Of a stretch of 64,000 nt of DNA, positions 33,410 to 47,057 are shown in pieces. Each line of letters starts with the position of its first letter. Positions within the stretch are counted from its first letter, which is position 1. The notes below the pieces were generated by a model that worked only from the letters and a program-made list of their open reading frames with translations, was not told the DNA's origin and made no database searches. The position numbers and the translations under genes are program-made. Location of the stretch: NCBI GenBank assembly GCA_016748015.1, contig JAAOMT010000470.1, positions 153,690 to 217,689 of the forward strand, in the 5' to 3' direction. Source of the stretch: Geosiphon pyriformis uo1 (Eukaryota > Fungi > Glomeromycota).

Positions 33410-36400
33410 TTAGATTTGTCTTATTCACAACAATCCATCAGCATTTCCGTTTTCTTTTTTTTTTTTATAATGTACTGTATAATTAAATGATAAAAGTTCT
33501 ATTTTCCATCTAGCATAGTGATTGTCTGCAAATTTTTGTTTTTGAATTGAAATCAATTCTTTATGATCAGTATATACATCAAACTTTTGACTCAAGTATT
33601 TTTTCTATTTGATAACAGCCCAATAGACAGCTAAGTGTTCCAGTGCTAAAATTCTATAGTTTTTTTCAGCTAGACTTAAGCTTCTACTGGTATAAGCTAT
33701 TGGATGTTCTTTTCCATTTGGTTCTTTCTGTGATAGTACTGCTCCCAATGTTTGGCCTAATGTATTGGTAATAATGATGAATAGTTTGTTGTAATCTGAA
33801 TACATCAACACTGGAGCTTAAATAAGTTTTTTTCTCAGTGTGTTAAATGCTTCTTGTTGAGCTTCTGTCTATTTATATTTTACATTCTTAGTTTGTAAAT
33901 AATGGAATGGCTGAGCCAGTTTAGAAAAGTTCTTGATAAAACGGCAATAATATCCAGCAAATCTTAAGAATGCTCTTAGTTCTGTCAAGTTGGTTGGTAC
34001 TGAAAAGTTTTTTACTATTGTGATCTTATCCAGATCCGTTTTGATACTGTTTTTGCTTACAACATGTCCTAAAAACTTGAGTTCTGTTTTTCCAAAGAAA
34101 CATTTGTTTGCATTCAATTTCAGTTCTGCTCTTCTCAATCTTTTGAACACTTGTTGAAAATGATATAGATGGTCATTGAATGTCTTGAAGAACACATTGG
34201 TGTTATCCAAGTATACAACTACTGATTTCTATAGTAGTCTAGTATAGACAATTTCCATAAGTCACTGGAAAGTGGCTGGAGCATTCATCAAGCCAAATGG
34301 CATAACCTCAAATTCGAAATTTTCTTCTTGTGTTGTGAAAGCTGTCTTCTCTTTATCTTCTGATTTCATGGCTACTTGCCAATAACCACTGTCTAAGTTT
34401 AGTGTTAAGAACCATTTCTTTCCTCCAAAAGCATTGAAAAGTTCTTGGATCTTTGGAGTTGGATAGCTATCTCCTTTTGTTATTTCATTTAGTTTTTAGT
34501 AATCCACACAAAAGCAGATTTTTTCATTTTTTTATGGACTAGTACCACTGGTAATGACTATAAACTCATTGATGACTGAATTAGCCTATTGTTAAGCATC
34601 TGATTGATTTCTTGACAAATGATCTCATGGCTAGCTGGTGGTATTCTGTATGCTCTCTGTTTAATTGGCATTGTATTTCCAGTCTTAATTTGATGTTAAA
34701 TGATGTCAGTTCTGCCAAATTTGTTTTCACTGGCAAAGATGTCATTGAAATTGTTAAATAACATTTTGAGCTGCATATGTTGTAGTGAATCTAAGTTTCC
34801 CATGTTCATTTGTTCTAATTGTTCTGATTAGAGCAAATAACATTTATTTCGTCCATATATTGTTTGTGATGTAATATCCACATATTCACAAAGTTGTGAA
34901 AAGTCTGGAATGATGTCTGGCAGTTGGTTTTTAATTTTAGTGGTTAAGTATTCAATGGTTGTTCTTTCTGGTATCCTGATGATATCTCCTGTGTTGTTGT
35001 AGATGGAAATTTTTATGCAACTGTGATTCTTGGCTGGTATGTGTAAATTGACTAATCCAATCTCTCCTAATTCGCAAAGTTTTGCTTCTGCCTCAAAAAT
35101 TTAAACCTGATTCTTTACTTTTCTTTCTATAACTACCATGTACTAGTCATATGGTGAAATAGAAATTAATTGATGGGTGGAGATAATTTTTTCTTTGTTA
35201 ACAATTTTTTTCTCTGCCATATTAATAGATACATCTATTCTATCTGTTGATTTAAATTCCTGTATTCTTCTTGCTGTTATCCCTAGTTCTTCCATATTTC
35301 TTATTAACACTAACTAAGCTATTTTTACCAGAGGTAGGAATATTGCCTGCGCTATCTTTTTATTTGACTCTATAATATGTGCTTTTTCTGAGTCATTTTG
35401 TAGCATAGCAATGATATTTTCTACATATCCTGTGTTAATTATTCCTCTTCTGATGTTAATTCCCTTTTTGGCTAAGCTGCTTCTAGATGCTAACTGAATT
35501 ATTGTTGTTGCTGGAATTTCTAATACTATTTTGAGATCAATGTAGATGCACGAATGGGGTTCCAATTTAATGGGATTTTTTCTTGGATATCTCAGATTAA
35601 ACCCTGTATCAGTATTGTGTGCATGTTTTGACATAATATCTTTATTGTTATCACTGAATCATTTCAGTTTCTGCTCCTTGGTAAGATTAGAGAGTGCAAT
35701 ATATGTTTCTGGGTTTAAATTGGAGTTCGAATTATTGTTATTTTTATTGTCATATTAAGCAGAGCTGAAACTGTTATTTTCATCATTGTCATTATCAGAG
35801 TTTGAATCAGAATTGAAAGTTAATTTTGATTCTGATGCACAGCTGTTGATTGGTTTTTCCTCTTCTGAGATTGTGTAAATCATGCGTGTTGGTAATTGTA
35901 AATGAGATCACACATATTACAATATTGAAAGTTACATAGTATGAAACAGTAGTCACATAGCCTTGTATTTATTTTTTCCAGACATTGTTCTTGTTCTTCT
36001 CTTGTTGGTGCCAAGTTTTAATAGTGCTCATAAAATTTCTCTGGGTCTGCTTTAATATCCAAAAAGATGTCTGAATTGAAGATAAGGACTATGTTGACTG
36101 GTTCTGAAGGGTTGTTCTTTATCTTCAAAATCTCACTGGGTAAAGTGCCTTCTATTTTGGCATTGGCCATCTGCCAGATCTCATCTTCATCATGTGGGTA
36201 GCCATCCAAGTGAGAGATTGCTCAGTGCCAGGCAACAGTAATAGGTGTTCCTTAACTTACTTAGTCACTGATAAGAATTGTATACTGGCATAAAGCATTA
36301 TATGTTCTTTCTCGACCAGGAATGTTGTTCCACATTTTTATGTCGAGTAATCATTCACCACAAGCAAGACATGATTCATTGTCCCACTTTTATTGCTTCT

Positions 36401-37267
36401 TTGGGTAGTCATAACATTTTTTATGACACAGCTTACAGTAGTAGTGAGTTTTTGTCCAATAGTCTTTATCAGATGTGATCCAAGCTCTCATAGAGAAAAG
36501 TTTCTTTCTATAGTTCTTGCATTTGAGGGGTATATATGGCAGCTCTTTTATTGGTTCTCATGAATACTCTTTTTTCTAGCCACTAGTTATTTCTTTTGTG
36601 GCAGTGGTTTCTTTGGGTGGGTTTTTTTCCTTCTTTTTTTCTTTTTCTTTGTTGGTTTTTTCTCATTCCCAGATTGGCAGTTTGTCTGGGCCATTGTTAA
36701 TTTTTCAGATGTGGTCTGCATTCCAGATAAGTTTTTCTCTTTGTTTTCTTTTTCTGTTGTTGTCTCAGGAAAGTATTGGCAGTAGTTTGTTGTGGTTCTC
36801 GTCAGCCCACAACACTTGATAGGCTTTCTAGGTAGGTTTTTTTTTTTCTTTCTCGAAGTCAATGAGTGGTCATGTTATAGTGCTGGGTTTAAAATGGCCA
36901 CATATTGTTGGTATTTGTGTGTGTTAGCCATTTTGACTGATTTACAACTTTTGTGTTGTCCAGTCAAGTATTGCATTTGTTTTGGACAGTCAGTTATTAC
37001 CAATAAGGGCTTGGTACTAAGTAGCTTCCATGACTAAGACTTTGGTTGGTACTATAATTCCATTAACTTCAATAGAGAAATCATTTATTTTACCAATAAG
37101 AGTTTAAGTCATTCCATCAGCTGTAATGATTCTGGTGCTAGTAGTGCAGTCAACTCAACAATTTAATTGATTCATGAATTGTTTGGTAATTATGCTGCCA
37201 GCTGATCCACTATCTAGTATCAGTTTGATGGACTGACCATCAACTTTGGCATCAATATACATTATGG
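33410..37267 (-). pseudogene. E5 ORF1 3' part (protease-Cys-rich-dUTPase-RT-RNase H)
   Basis: ILDSGSAG at about 37197-37222; dUTPase 35314-35634; RT 33869-34210; RNase H 33605-33811. Confidence 0.9.
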
Positions 37268-38246
37268 TGTTACCAACTGAAACTTGAAATATTAATTAAC
37301 ATAATATTACCCTTATAATTTTTATTATTAAATTAGCATATATTATCATTCAAATTATCACTTATTATTTAATCAAATTATTGAATATTACCAATTAATT
37401 AATAATCCAATTTGTACTATAGAAATTAGGATGATCAAATTACACAATACTCCGAACCATTTAATATTCAAGAGTTCACTAAAATTTGTAAAAATTTGCC
37501 TAAATAATTAATAGTTCACCAAAATATTTAATAGTTCGCAGAAATAACTTGTAAATTTGCCGAAAGGTATCTTTAGTTTGTCGAAACCATAGTAAAAAAA
37601 ATAGTTCAAATTCATAGACTAGTATTACAACAAGTTGTATAAAAGAAGAGCTTTTTTCTTTGAGAAAATGTATTCTTTACCTTTAGATATCTTACTTGAG
37701 ACTTATTAATTAGAATTGTTTTCACAAAAATGAAATAAAAATCAAATAATTCAAAAAGTCAACTTTCTTAATTATTGCACTTAAAAATTCCCAAAACCCA
37801 ACTAACGTTTTGAAATTAATTAGCTACCAATTTCAATAAACTGTTAGTGACTCCAGGCCTGGATAGAAAACGTTTCCCTTGACAGAATTCTATTTCTTTT
37901 ACATTTCTTTTATTTTTCTTTTATTTTTTTATTAAATTCATTTGGGTAGCCTACAGACAAGATTCCTGTAGAAGAGTTGACTTTCACAGCAAAGTAACTA
38001 CACATTTTTAGTAAGCTTTCAGATGAGCAATTCCTGGGAAAGAGTTGACATTTACTACAATGTAACTACACAAGTAACTGGTATAGAATTGGCCATTCCA
38101 CTCATAAGTCCAGCAGTTCAAATTATAGGAGATAATTTGAAAATAAATTCAGTTATTGGAGGTTCAACCACATCCAGAAAACGTGAATTTACAGCAAACA
38201 GGCATCAACAACCATTAAGAAAAGAGACCAAAAACCTCTGGTAACA
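37268..38246 (+). repeat. E6 5' LTR
   Basis: TGTTACC...GGTAACA; TATAAAA at 37638-37644; ~20-nt repeats at 37474-37590. Confidence 0.96.
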
Positions 38247-38249
38247 TTT

Positions 38250-41200
38250 GGTGCTCTCTCACGAAAATAACACAGTAACAACAACTTCAAAAGTGGTGAC
38301 TTAAACAGATTCAAGAACTCTAGAGTATTATCAGTCAATCTACACCCACTGCAAGCAGAGATTTAACATTCCAGACGGAATTGAAACATTCAAGAAAACA
38401 CTTTACCAGTACATTGAAAATTGCATCAACAATTATCTTCTTGAAAACTACAATATTTCAGAAGTTAGACACAACTTATATGAAAGCTTAATACATTACT
38501 CTCGTCTAAACACTTAGGATTTTAACAGTCAAATACTTGAAACATACTTCCAAGAACTCAACTTCAATATCATTCAGTATTGTGAAAAAAATTACCCAGT
38601 AAAACAGAAATTTTCTCTTAGTTTTGAATCGGAAACAGAAGAAGGAAAAAAAAAAGGAAACAAAAACTCAGAACTACTCCCAATACACCTAAAACCACTG
38701 CCAAATATTTACAAACTCCAGAACAAGAAACCAGCTTTAAATTACCACTCTTAATTACACCATTTCCAGCTTTACTTGCTTAGCCGCAAACACCAAGTTT
38801 ACCACTTATTTGGTTTTCAAGAATAGAAGATTTTCAGTCACCCAAAAGCCCTATTCAACAACAGGAACCAATATTAACCAGCACAAACCTTATTGACTAC
38901 TTAGCAAAAAATCAAAGTGAAGAGACCAAATCAGAACAAAAAACAGAAGACTCAAAAAATGAAAAAAAAATGGCCTCCACATATATCACAAAAATCCCTG
39001 AGTTCACAGGAGAAGACAATGAAACCAGTTCTCAAGAATGGCTTGACAAAGTCTCAAAAGCAGAAGATGCAAATGGTTGGAATGCTGCCAGAATGTTAAA
39101 AACAATTCCATACTTCTTACAAGGAACAGCTGGTAAATGGTTTGAAAACTTGGAAGCCCTGCCAGAAAACTGGAAAGCATTCAAAACTGCTTTTCTAGAA
39201 CAGTTCACTGACAATAACACTTTCATTACTCTTTCAAAATCGGTTTTGAAATATCAAGCAAGAACCAAGTGAATCAATTATGACCTATCTTGGGAAATTC
39301 AACAAACTGCTTAGAAGAATTTGCCAATTGGAAACCAATGAATACTACTCTAATGCACAAATCTTGGATCAATTCATTGCTGGACTAAAAGACAAACTTA
39401 TCAAAAAAGTTTGCCCACATGCACCAGAAGATTTAGCCACTGCTATTCAACAGGCAAAAAACTATGAAATGGCCATGGAAAAAGCCAACTGTACCAAACT
39501 TGTTAATCTGGCTATTGGAGAAACCAGTTCAGCAGCTGAAGAAAAAATTGACCAATTAACCAAGAAAGTTGAAAACTACTTCACCAACCAACAGCAACAA
39601 CAGCAGCCATAGCAATTACAACAACCACAAAGATACCAACCCCCACAACAACACAATCAAAACAAATTCGGACCACTATCCAACAACCAAATCCAAAATT
39701 GTCACTATTGTGGAATTTTAGAACACTGGAAACATGATTGTAGAAAATTGCAACAAGACCAACAACAGAGGAACAATCAATGTTATTCCCAACCACAACA
39801 ATCATATTATCCACCACCACCAGCTCAATATTTACCAAGGCCACAATATCCAAACCACTATTATCAACCTGCTCTACAACCAATCCAACAACAGTATCAA
39901 CAACCATCCACACCACAATATCAAGTGCTAGCCAGAAAATTGATTCAATATAATCAATTTACATCACAAAACCGTTTTTCAACAAACAACAACAGATTTA
40001 ATTTCAACAACTAATTAACCACTTAAAATTCGAATCAACATAGGTCCACACATTATCACACTCAACCCAGTTATCTTACAATACCAGAGGAATCAAATTT
40101 TCAGCAAACTGCACTTTTTGAAGGTGAAGCTGCAGCACCAAGACAAAACCCTTCCAACAATATTATCTCACCAGCCAGAATTGCCCGAAATGCCAATCTT
40201 TCAGACATCTTTCCATTCGAATTTGAAGCCAATGAATTACCATCTCTACTCAGCAATGTAGCAGTTAACAAACAAAAAGCTATTACAGCAATGTATACTG
40301 AAGCTGAAGTAGAAGGAAAACCAATTCGCTTAATATTAGACAGTAGATCTGCTGGAAGTATTATCACCTACCAATTAATACAACAGCTTCAACAAACTGT
40401 TGACAAACCAGCTCAAACTGTTATCATTACAGCAAATGATATAAAGAAGACACCAGTAGGAGAAATTGATAATTTTCTATTCACCATTGATGGAATCACT
40501 ATTCCAGTTAAAGTCCTAGTCATGGATGCACCCCAATATCAAGCTTTTGTTGGAAATGATTGGCTTCTCAAGACCAATGCAAATTTAGATTGGGAAACTC
40601 AGGAATTAAAAATCTTATATCAAGGACAACACACCATAATATCTGTTATGTGTGGAACTTTCAATAAACAATCAAAAAAAGCCCTAGTACTTGAATTTGA
40701 AGAAGAAAAAAAAATGCCACTCACTGAAACCTACATGGCTCTTGAATTAACATCCAATTGGGCTGAGGAAACAAAACAAGAAATCTTTGAAGAATTAAGA
40801 AGATGGAAAAAAGTTAGATATTCTACACCAGAACCATGAAAACAATCACCCTACATTCCACTTAAATACAGAAATTGTAACAAAAAACTTTTATCAATGG
40901 AAGCCTGCATTTTGCCTAAAGAAAAATATGAAAATCATACTTGTTATTACTGCAAGACTTGCCACAGAGAACGATAGGGCCATCTAATAAAAAGAAGTGA
41001 AAAATGGGACAACACCCCTTGTTTGACTTGTGGAGATATGCTACCAGAAGAATGCAATTGGATTGATGTAGCAATGAAAGGAGAAGTCTGCAATCAAATT
41101 TGCCAATATGCTTTATCAATTTCAGAAAAAGTTAAAAGAGGAACACTCTTTAATGCAGCATACAACAGTGCTTTTAACAAACTTTATCACTACTCCCATA

Positions 41201-43849
41201 ATGCTGAGATGATTTTTGACCTAGCAATGACATTAGTTAATAAAGCTACCAAAGAAAATGTCTGTCAAATAAAAGAAGCAGAATACATTGAATACACCAT
41301 GGAATTAGCTGAATTCGATTACGAAGATAAAGTAGAAGTCTACTACCAAATTGCAAGTTACACCTACCCAACCCAAGAAGCTCAAATTCAATAATTAGAG
41401 CAAATAAACATTAGGCTATGTGAAGAATGCATTATGCCTTGTAATGAACAGTGGTGTCCTGAATGCTATACTCTTAGCATTCCACTACCAATTAAAGATA
41501 ACCAGTATGAAATCGAATTTGGAATACAGAATGAAGAAGTCCCAGTAACTTTTATTTATCTCACCGAAAACCAACTGGCTATAACACTCAAATACTTCAA
41601 CAATAAAGGACAAGGAATCAAGCCTGAAAAAGCCCACAAAATTGACGCTGAATATGATTTAAGATATCCAGAAAGAAATACCCTCATTCTTCAACCAAAA
41701 TCTTTTACAAGAATTAATCTAAAAATTGCCTTTGAAATCTCACCAGGAATCATGATGCAAATTGTCTCCTGATTCTTCCTAGCAAGCAAAGAAATCAATA
41801 TAAAAGAAGGAATTATTGATGCTGGATACACTGGAGATATTACAGTAATGCTTCAAAATGAAACTAACAAACCATTCAAGATTGAACATGCTGAAAAGAT
41901 TGCCCAAGCTATTTATTTACCCTTAATCAACATTTCGGGTTTGCAATTAGTCAATCAAAGAGAACAATTAAGGAAAAGCGAGAGAGGAACCCAAGATTTT
42001 GGTTCAACTGGACGATTCATGATTCCAGTTAATATAGCCCTCAATACACAGAATGAATCTCACCAGATTCTCAGACTTCCACAACCAATAACCATTTCAC
42101 CCTTTGGAGAATATCACGAAATTTATACCTGTAGAAAACCCACCACTACTCAACAAATTTTCGAAGCCAATGAACAAATTTGCATGAAACATGGCATCTC
42201 AATCCCAAATATTTATATTCCAAAAGGAATGAAGAAAGTTCGAATTACTTTTTACAACCTCAATCATCACCCCATCATTTTACTAAATAATTTGGAAATC
42301 AGAATTATTCATAGCAAAATCTTTCAACAAGAATTACCTCAAACAGTTTTAAATTTTTCAGAAATTATTGGACATTCTCTCCCAAAATTCAATCTAAAAC
42401 CCAGTGCTGAAAACTACCACATTGTTATTGGAAAGTTATTCTGAATTAACATAGGACAACTAGAGCCCCAACAACAGAATCAAGCAGTTAATTGCAGAAC
42501 ATACAGACATATTTGCTAAAAACAACAATAATTTAGGAAGAACTGATTTGGTTCAACATCAAATCTATACAGAAGATGTCAAATCTAGACGACAACAAGC
42601 ATACCAAGTTGCTCTAGAAAGCCATCAATTTATCCGAGAAGAAATTCAAAGGATGCTCAACAATAGGCTCATCCAACCGTCAATGAGCTCATGAGCTTCA
42701 CCAGTAGTACTTGTTAAAAAGAAAAATAGAAAAATTTGATTTTGCATTGACTATAAACAATTAAACAATATCACTATTGGAGATGTCTACCTCTTTTCTC
42801 GAATTGATAATATGTTAGATGCTCTTGGAAAATCCAAATACTTTTCAATACTGGATTTAGAAAGCAGATACTGGCAAGTTGCCATGGACCCCAAAGACCA
42901 TACCAAAACAGCATTTACCACACAAGAAGGGAACTACAAATTCAATGTAATGCCCTTTGGATTGTGTAATGCCCCAGCAATATTCCAGAGACTCATGGAT
43001 GTTGTATATACTGGATTTTTTTGGAAATCAGTAGTTGTCTACCTTGATAACACTGATGTTTATTCACCATCTTTTGAACTCCATCTAATTCACCTGCGAG
43101 AAGTTTTTCAACAATTACATAAAGCAGAACTAAAATTAAACATTGAGAAATGCCATTTTGGAAAAACAAGTTTGGCTTTTCTTGATCACATTGTTAATAG
43201 AGAAGGAGTTAAACCAGATTCAGGAAAAATCAGTGCTGTTAAAAATTTCAAAGTTCCATGGAATACTACAGAATTAAGAGGATTTGTTGGATTAGCTTCC
43301 TATTATTGAAAATTCATTAAAGGATTCTCAGAGATCACAAAACCTCTTAACCAACTCAATACCAAAAATGCAGAATACAAATGAACAGAAGAACACCAAA
43401 ATGCATTCAAAAAACTCAAAGAAAAGCTCATTACAGCTCCAATTCTTGCCTACTCAGACTTCAATAACTGATTCCAATTAGCCACAGATGCCTCATATAC
43501 TGCTTTTGGTGCTATCTTATCACAATTAGATGACAGCAGCAATGAATGAGTAATTGCTTACGCCAGTAGAACACTAAAACCAGCCGAGAAAAACTATCCA
43601 GCAACAGAATTAGAAACTGCAGCAGTAATATGAGCCTTATACCACTTTGACCTTTATTTCAAACCTAAGGAATTTGATATTATTACTGATAATATTGGAC
43701 TCAAATGGTTACAAAACAAAAACATGAAGTTGAATGCAAAACAAACCAAATAGACAGAATTTTTGGCAAACTACCAATATATAGTACATCACAAACCAGA
43801 AAAACTCCACACCAATGTTGACTGTCTTTCCAGAATAAGACAAGATTAG
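38250..43849 (+). pseudogene. E6 ORF1: N-terminal domain, gag (ATG 38970, CCHC about 39700-39741), protease (40291-), Cys-rich (about 40860-41465), dUTPase (about 41620-42012), RT, RNase H
   Basis: KIPEFTGED; CHYCGILEHWKHDC; LILDSRSAGS; IIDAGYTG, KIAQ, RGTQDFGSTG; VMPFGLCNAPA, YLDN; ATDAS; ends RQD-TAG. Confidence 0.94.
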
Positions 43850-43897
43850 AAAACACAAATCAACACTCAACATAACCAACCTAACAACCAACAAACA

Positions 43898-45283
43898 ATG
43901 AATTCAAAAGACTACAACAATCTCAAACAATATTTGAAGACATTAACAATCCCAACAGATTGGTCTTCAGATGAAAACCATCAATTACAACAACAAACCA
44001 AACAATATTTCCTACACAACAACATTATTTATCATTAAAATTTCAAAAACCCAGACAAACCACTCAGATTAATACAAGAACATGAAAAAGAGACTATATT
44101 ATACAACATGCACTCAGATCTTTCATCAGTACACTTTGGAAAAGACAGCACTATTCAAAGAACACTAGAATACTATTTTTGACCCTAAATAAGAAAAAAC
44201 ATACATTAATATGTTAAATGTTGTGATAGTTATCAAAGAAAAGAAGGAATACGTCCTACTGAACCTTTAAATCCAATCAAAGTTGGACAATCTTTTGACC
44301 GAGTTGGTATCGATTTAGTCAGACCACTACTTATTATTACGCAAGGAAACCGATACATAACAGTAGCAATAGATTATCTTACCAAATGGCTTGAAGCCAG
44401 AGCTATTCAATGAGCAGATGCAAAATCAGTAGCAAATTTTATTTACAAAGACATTATTTGTAAACATAGATGCCCAATTGAACTTTTATCCGATCAGGGG
44501 ACACATTTTGTGAACAACCTAATACAAGAAATTTGTAAATGATTTAATGTCAAAAGACTTTTATCTTCGCCCTATCATTCACAGACAAATGAATTAGTAG
44601 AATGTTTTAACAGAACATTGTGTGAATCACTAGCCAAAGTTTCAACAGATTTTGAGCAGGAATGAGATATCTTTATTCCATCAGTGTTACTAGTATATAG
44701 AACACTAAAACAAGATACAACAAAACACATACCATTTGACCTTACTTATGAAAGAACAGCAAAACTACCAATTGAATTCATAGTAAAAACATACCCAGTA
44801 CAACCAATTACAGAAGAAAACTTACAAGAAACACTTCAGCGAAGAGCTTATACTCTTCTCAGTACTTTAGAAGGAAAAAGACAAATAGCAGCCACTTACA
44901 TTGAAAATTCACAAACCCAACAAAAAAAAAGACATGACAACAAACTGCCATCAGTTACAAACGAATTTAAAGTTAGAAATAAAGTTTTTTTACACTGAAC
45001 TAAGGCTGAAAAACAATGGAATAGAAAATTTGAACATAAATAGGATGGACCATTCTTTGTTTATGAAATCTTAGAAAATGGATCATACAAGTTAAGACTT
45101 GATGGGAAAATACTAGCAAAAGTTGCACATGGAGATCGATTGAAACATTATCACTCCAGAACACATCCTAAACCATTAATTCCACAAATTGGTACACATT
45201 CTCCTTTAATTAACCCCAAAGATATTCCCCAAAATTTGGAACCAATAGTTGTTATTGAACAACATCCCAACTTGAACACTTAA
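43898..45283 (+). pseudogene. E6 integrase (separate ORF)
   Basis: MNSKDYNNL start; GIDLV, DYLTKW, LLSDQGTHF, DGPF. Confidence 0.93.
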
Positions 45284-45400
45284 TTACTATAGAGTCTCCT
45301 ATAAAAATTCAAAAACAATCCTACAAAAATAACATAAAAATTTACATATCCAAAAATAATTTTATTTAGGAAAATTTTTAGCTTTGTAAAAATTATTATA

Positions 45401-46107
45401 ATGACTATTTCACAAAACATTTAACAATTATTTCAAAAACTAATGTTAGCTTTAAAAACAATACCTGAATTATCTATTACTATTACAGGAAAACATATTA
45501 ATTATACTCAAACAGAAACAGCCACAATCTTATCCCCAAAATCACAAAATTATCACCCTTATAAAAAAACATTAGAAGTTATTCTGGAATTCACCTACCA
45601 GAACTTTTGAAGCTTGTTTTAAAAGAAAATTTGTCATTCCCACCTATTGACATTCCACCAAATGCCACAATTCAACAAAAACTTCAACAGTGTTTTAATG
45701 AAGAAAACAGTAAATACTCTCCAATTTATAGATATTTTCACATTGGAAAAACACTGCATGAACAAAAACTGGAACTTACAACAGCCAATCTTACAAAAGA
45801 AGCCATTTAGAAACAACTCTACAATGAATTTAAGACTATGACTGGACCAACAAACAGTTGCTACAAACTTAGAGCAGCTCTTAAATTTTATGACCTATTT
45901 CACACCTGTGAAAATGTCCTACAAAACCCAATTTTACAACCACTGAAGATCCAATACATTGGAAAACTCACAAAACTGAAATTTCAACAATTTTCAGACC
46001 AAATTTTTTCAGTAATTTTGGATTATTATCTGGAATGTACAGACAGTACTTGGACTTCGACAGAGCTCAGTCTTGAGGAGAAGATTATGTTACCAACCAA
46101 AACTTGA
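45401..46107 (+). pseudogene. E6 ORF3 homolog (one frameshift near 45600; runs through the PPT into the LTR)
   Basis: MTISQNI.QLFQ...YRYFHIGK...KLRAALKFYDLF...IGKLTKLKFQQF aligns with family A ORF3. Confidence 0.8.
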
Positions 46108-47053
46108 GATATTAATTAACATAATATTACTCTTATAATTTCTACTATTAAATTAGCATATATTATTGTTCAAATTATCACTTATTATTTAATCAAATTA
46201 TCGAATATTACCAATCAATTAATAACCTGATTTGTATTATAGAAATTAGGATGATCAAATTACACAATACTTCGAACCATTTAATATTCAAGAGTTTGCT
46301 GAAATTTGTAGAAATTCGCTAAAATAATTAATAGTTTACCAAAATATTTAATAGTTTGCAGAAATAACTTGTAAATTTGCCGAAAGGTATCTTTAGTTCA
46401 TCAAAACCATAGTAAAGAAAATAGTTCAAGTTTATAGACTAGTACTACAACAAGTTGTATAAAAGAAGAGCTTCTCTCTTTGAGAAAATGTATCTCTTAT
46501 TTTTAGATATCTTACTTGAGACTTATTAATTAGAATTGTTTTCACAAAAATGAAATAAAAATCAAATAATTTAAAAAGTCAACTTCCTTGAAAATTCCCA
46601 AAACCCAACTAATATTTTGAAATTGATTAGCTACCAATTTCAATAAATTGTTAGTGACTCCAGGCCTGGATAGAAAATGTTTCCCTTGACAGAATTCTAT
46701 TTTTTTTACATTTCTTTTATTTTTCTTTTATTTTCTTATTATAATCATTTGGATAGCCTACAGACAAAATTCCTGTAGAAGAGTTAACTTTCACAGCAAA
46801 GTAACTACACATCTTTAGTGAGCTTCCAGATGAGCAATTTCTGAAAAAGAGTTGACATTTACTACAACATAACTACACAAGTAACTGGCACAGAATTGGC
46901 TATTCCACTTATAAGCCCAGCAGTTCAAATTATAGGAGATAATTTGAAGATAAATTCAGTTATTGGAGGTTCAACCACATCCAGAAAACGTGAATTTACA
47001 GCAAACAGGCATTAACAACCATTAAAAAAAGAGACCAAAAACCTCCAGTAACA
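46088..47053 (+). repeat. E6 3' LTR
   Basis: Direct repeat of 37268-38246. Confidence 0.96.
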
Positions 47054-47057
47054 ATGG

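Larger units (their letters stand above)
37268..47053 (+). mobile_element. E6: full-length Ty3/Gypsy element, family B (unrelated LTR, same domain layout), inserted antisense in E5 protease
   Basis: LTRs 37268-38246 and 46088-47053; TSD ATGG at 37264-37267 and 47054-47057; PBS TGGTGCTCTCTCACGA at 38249-38264; PPT 46075-46087. Confidence 0.97.
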
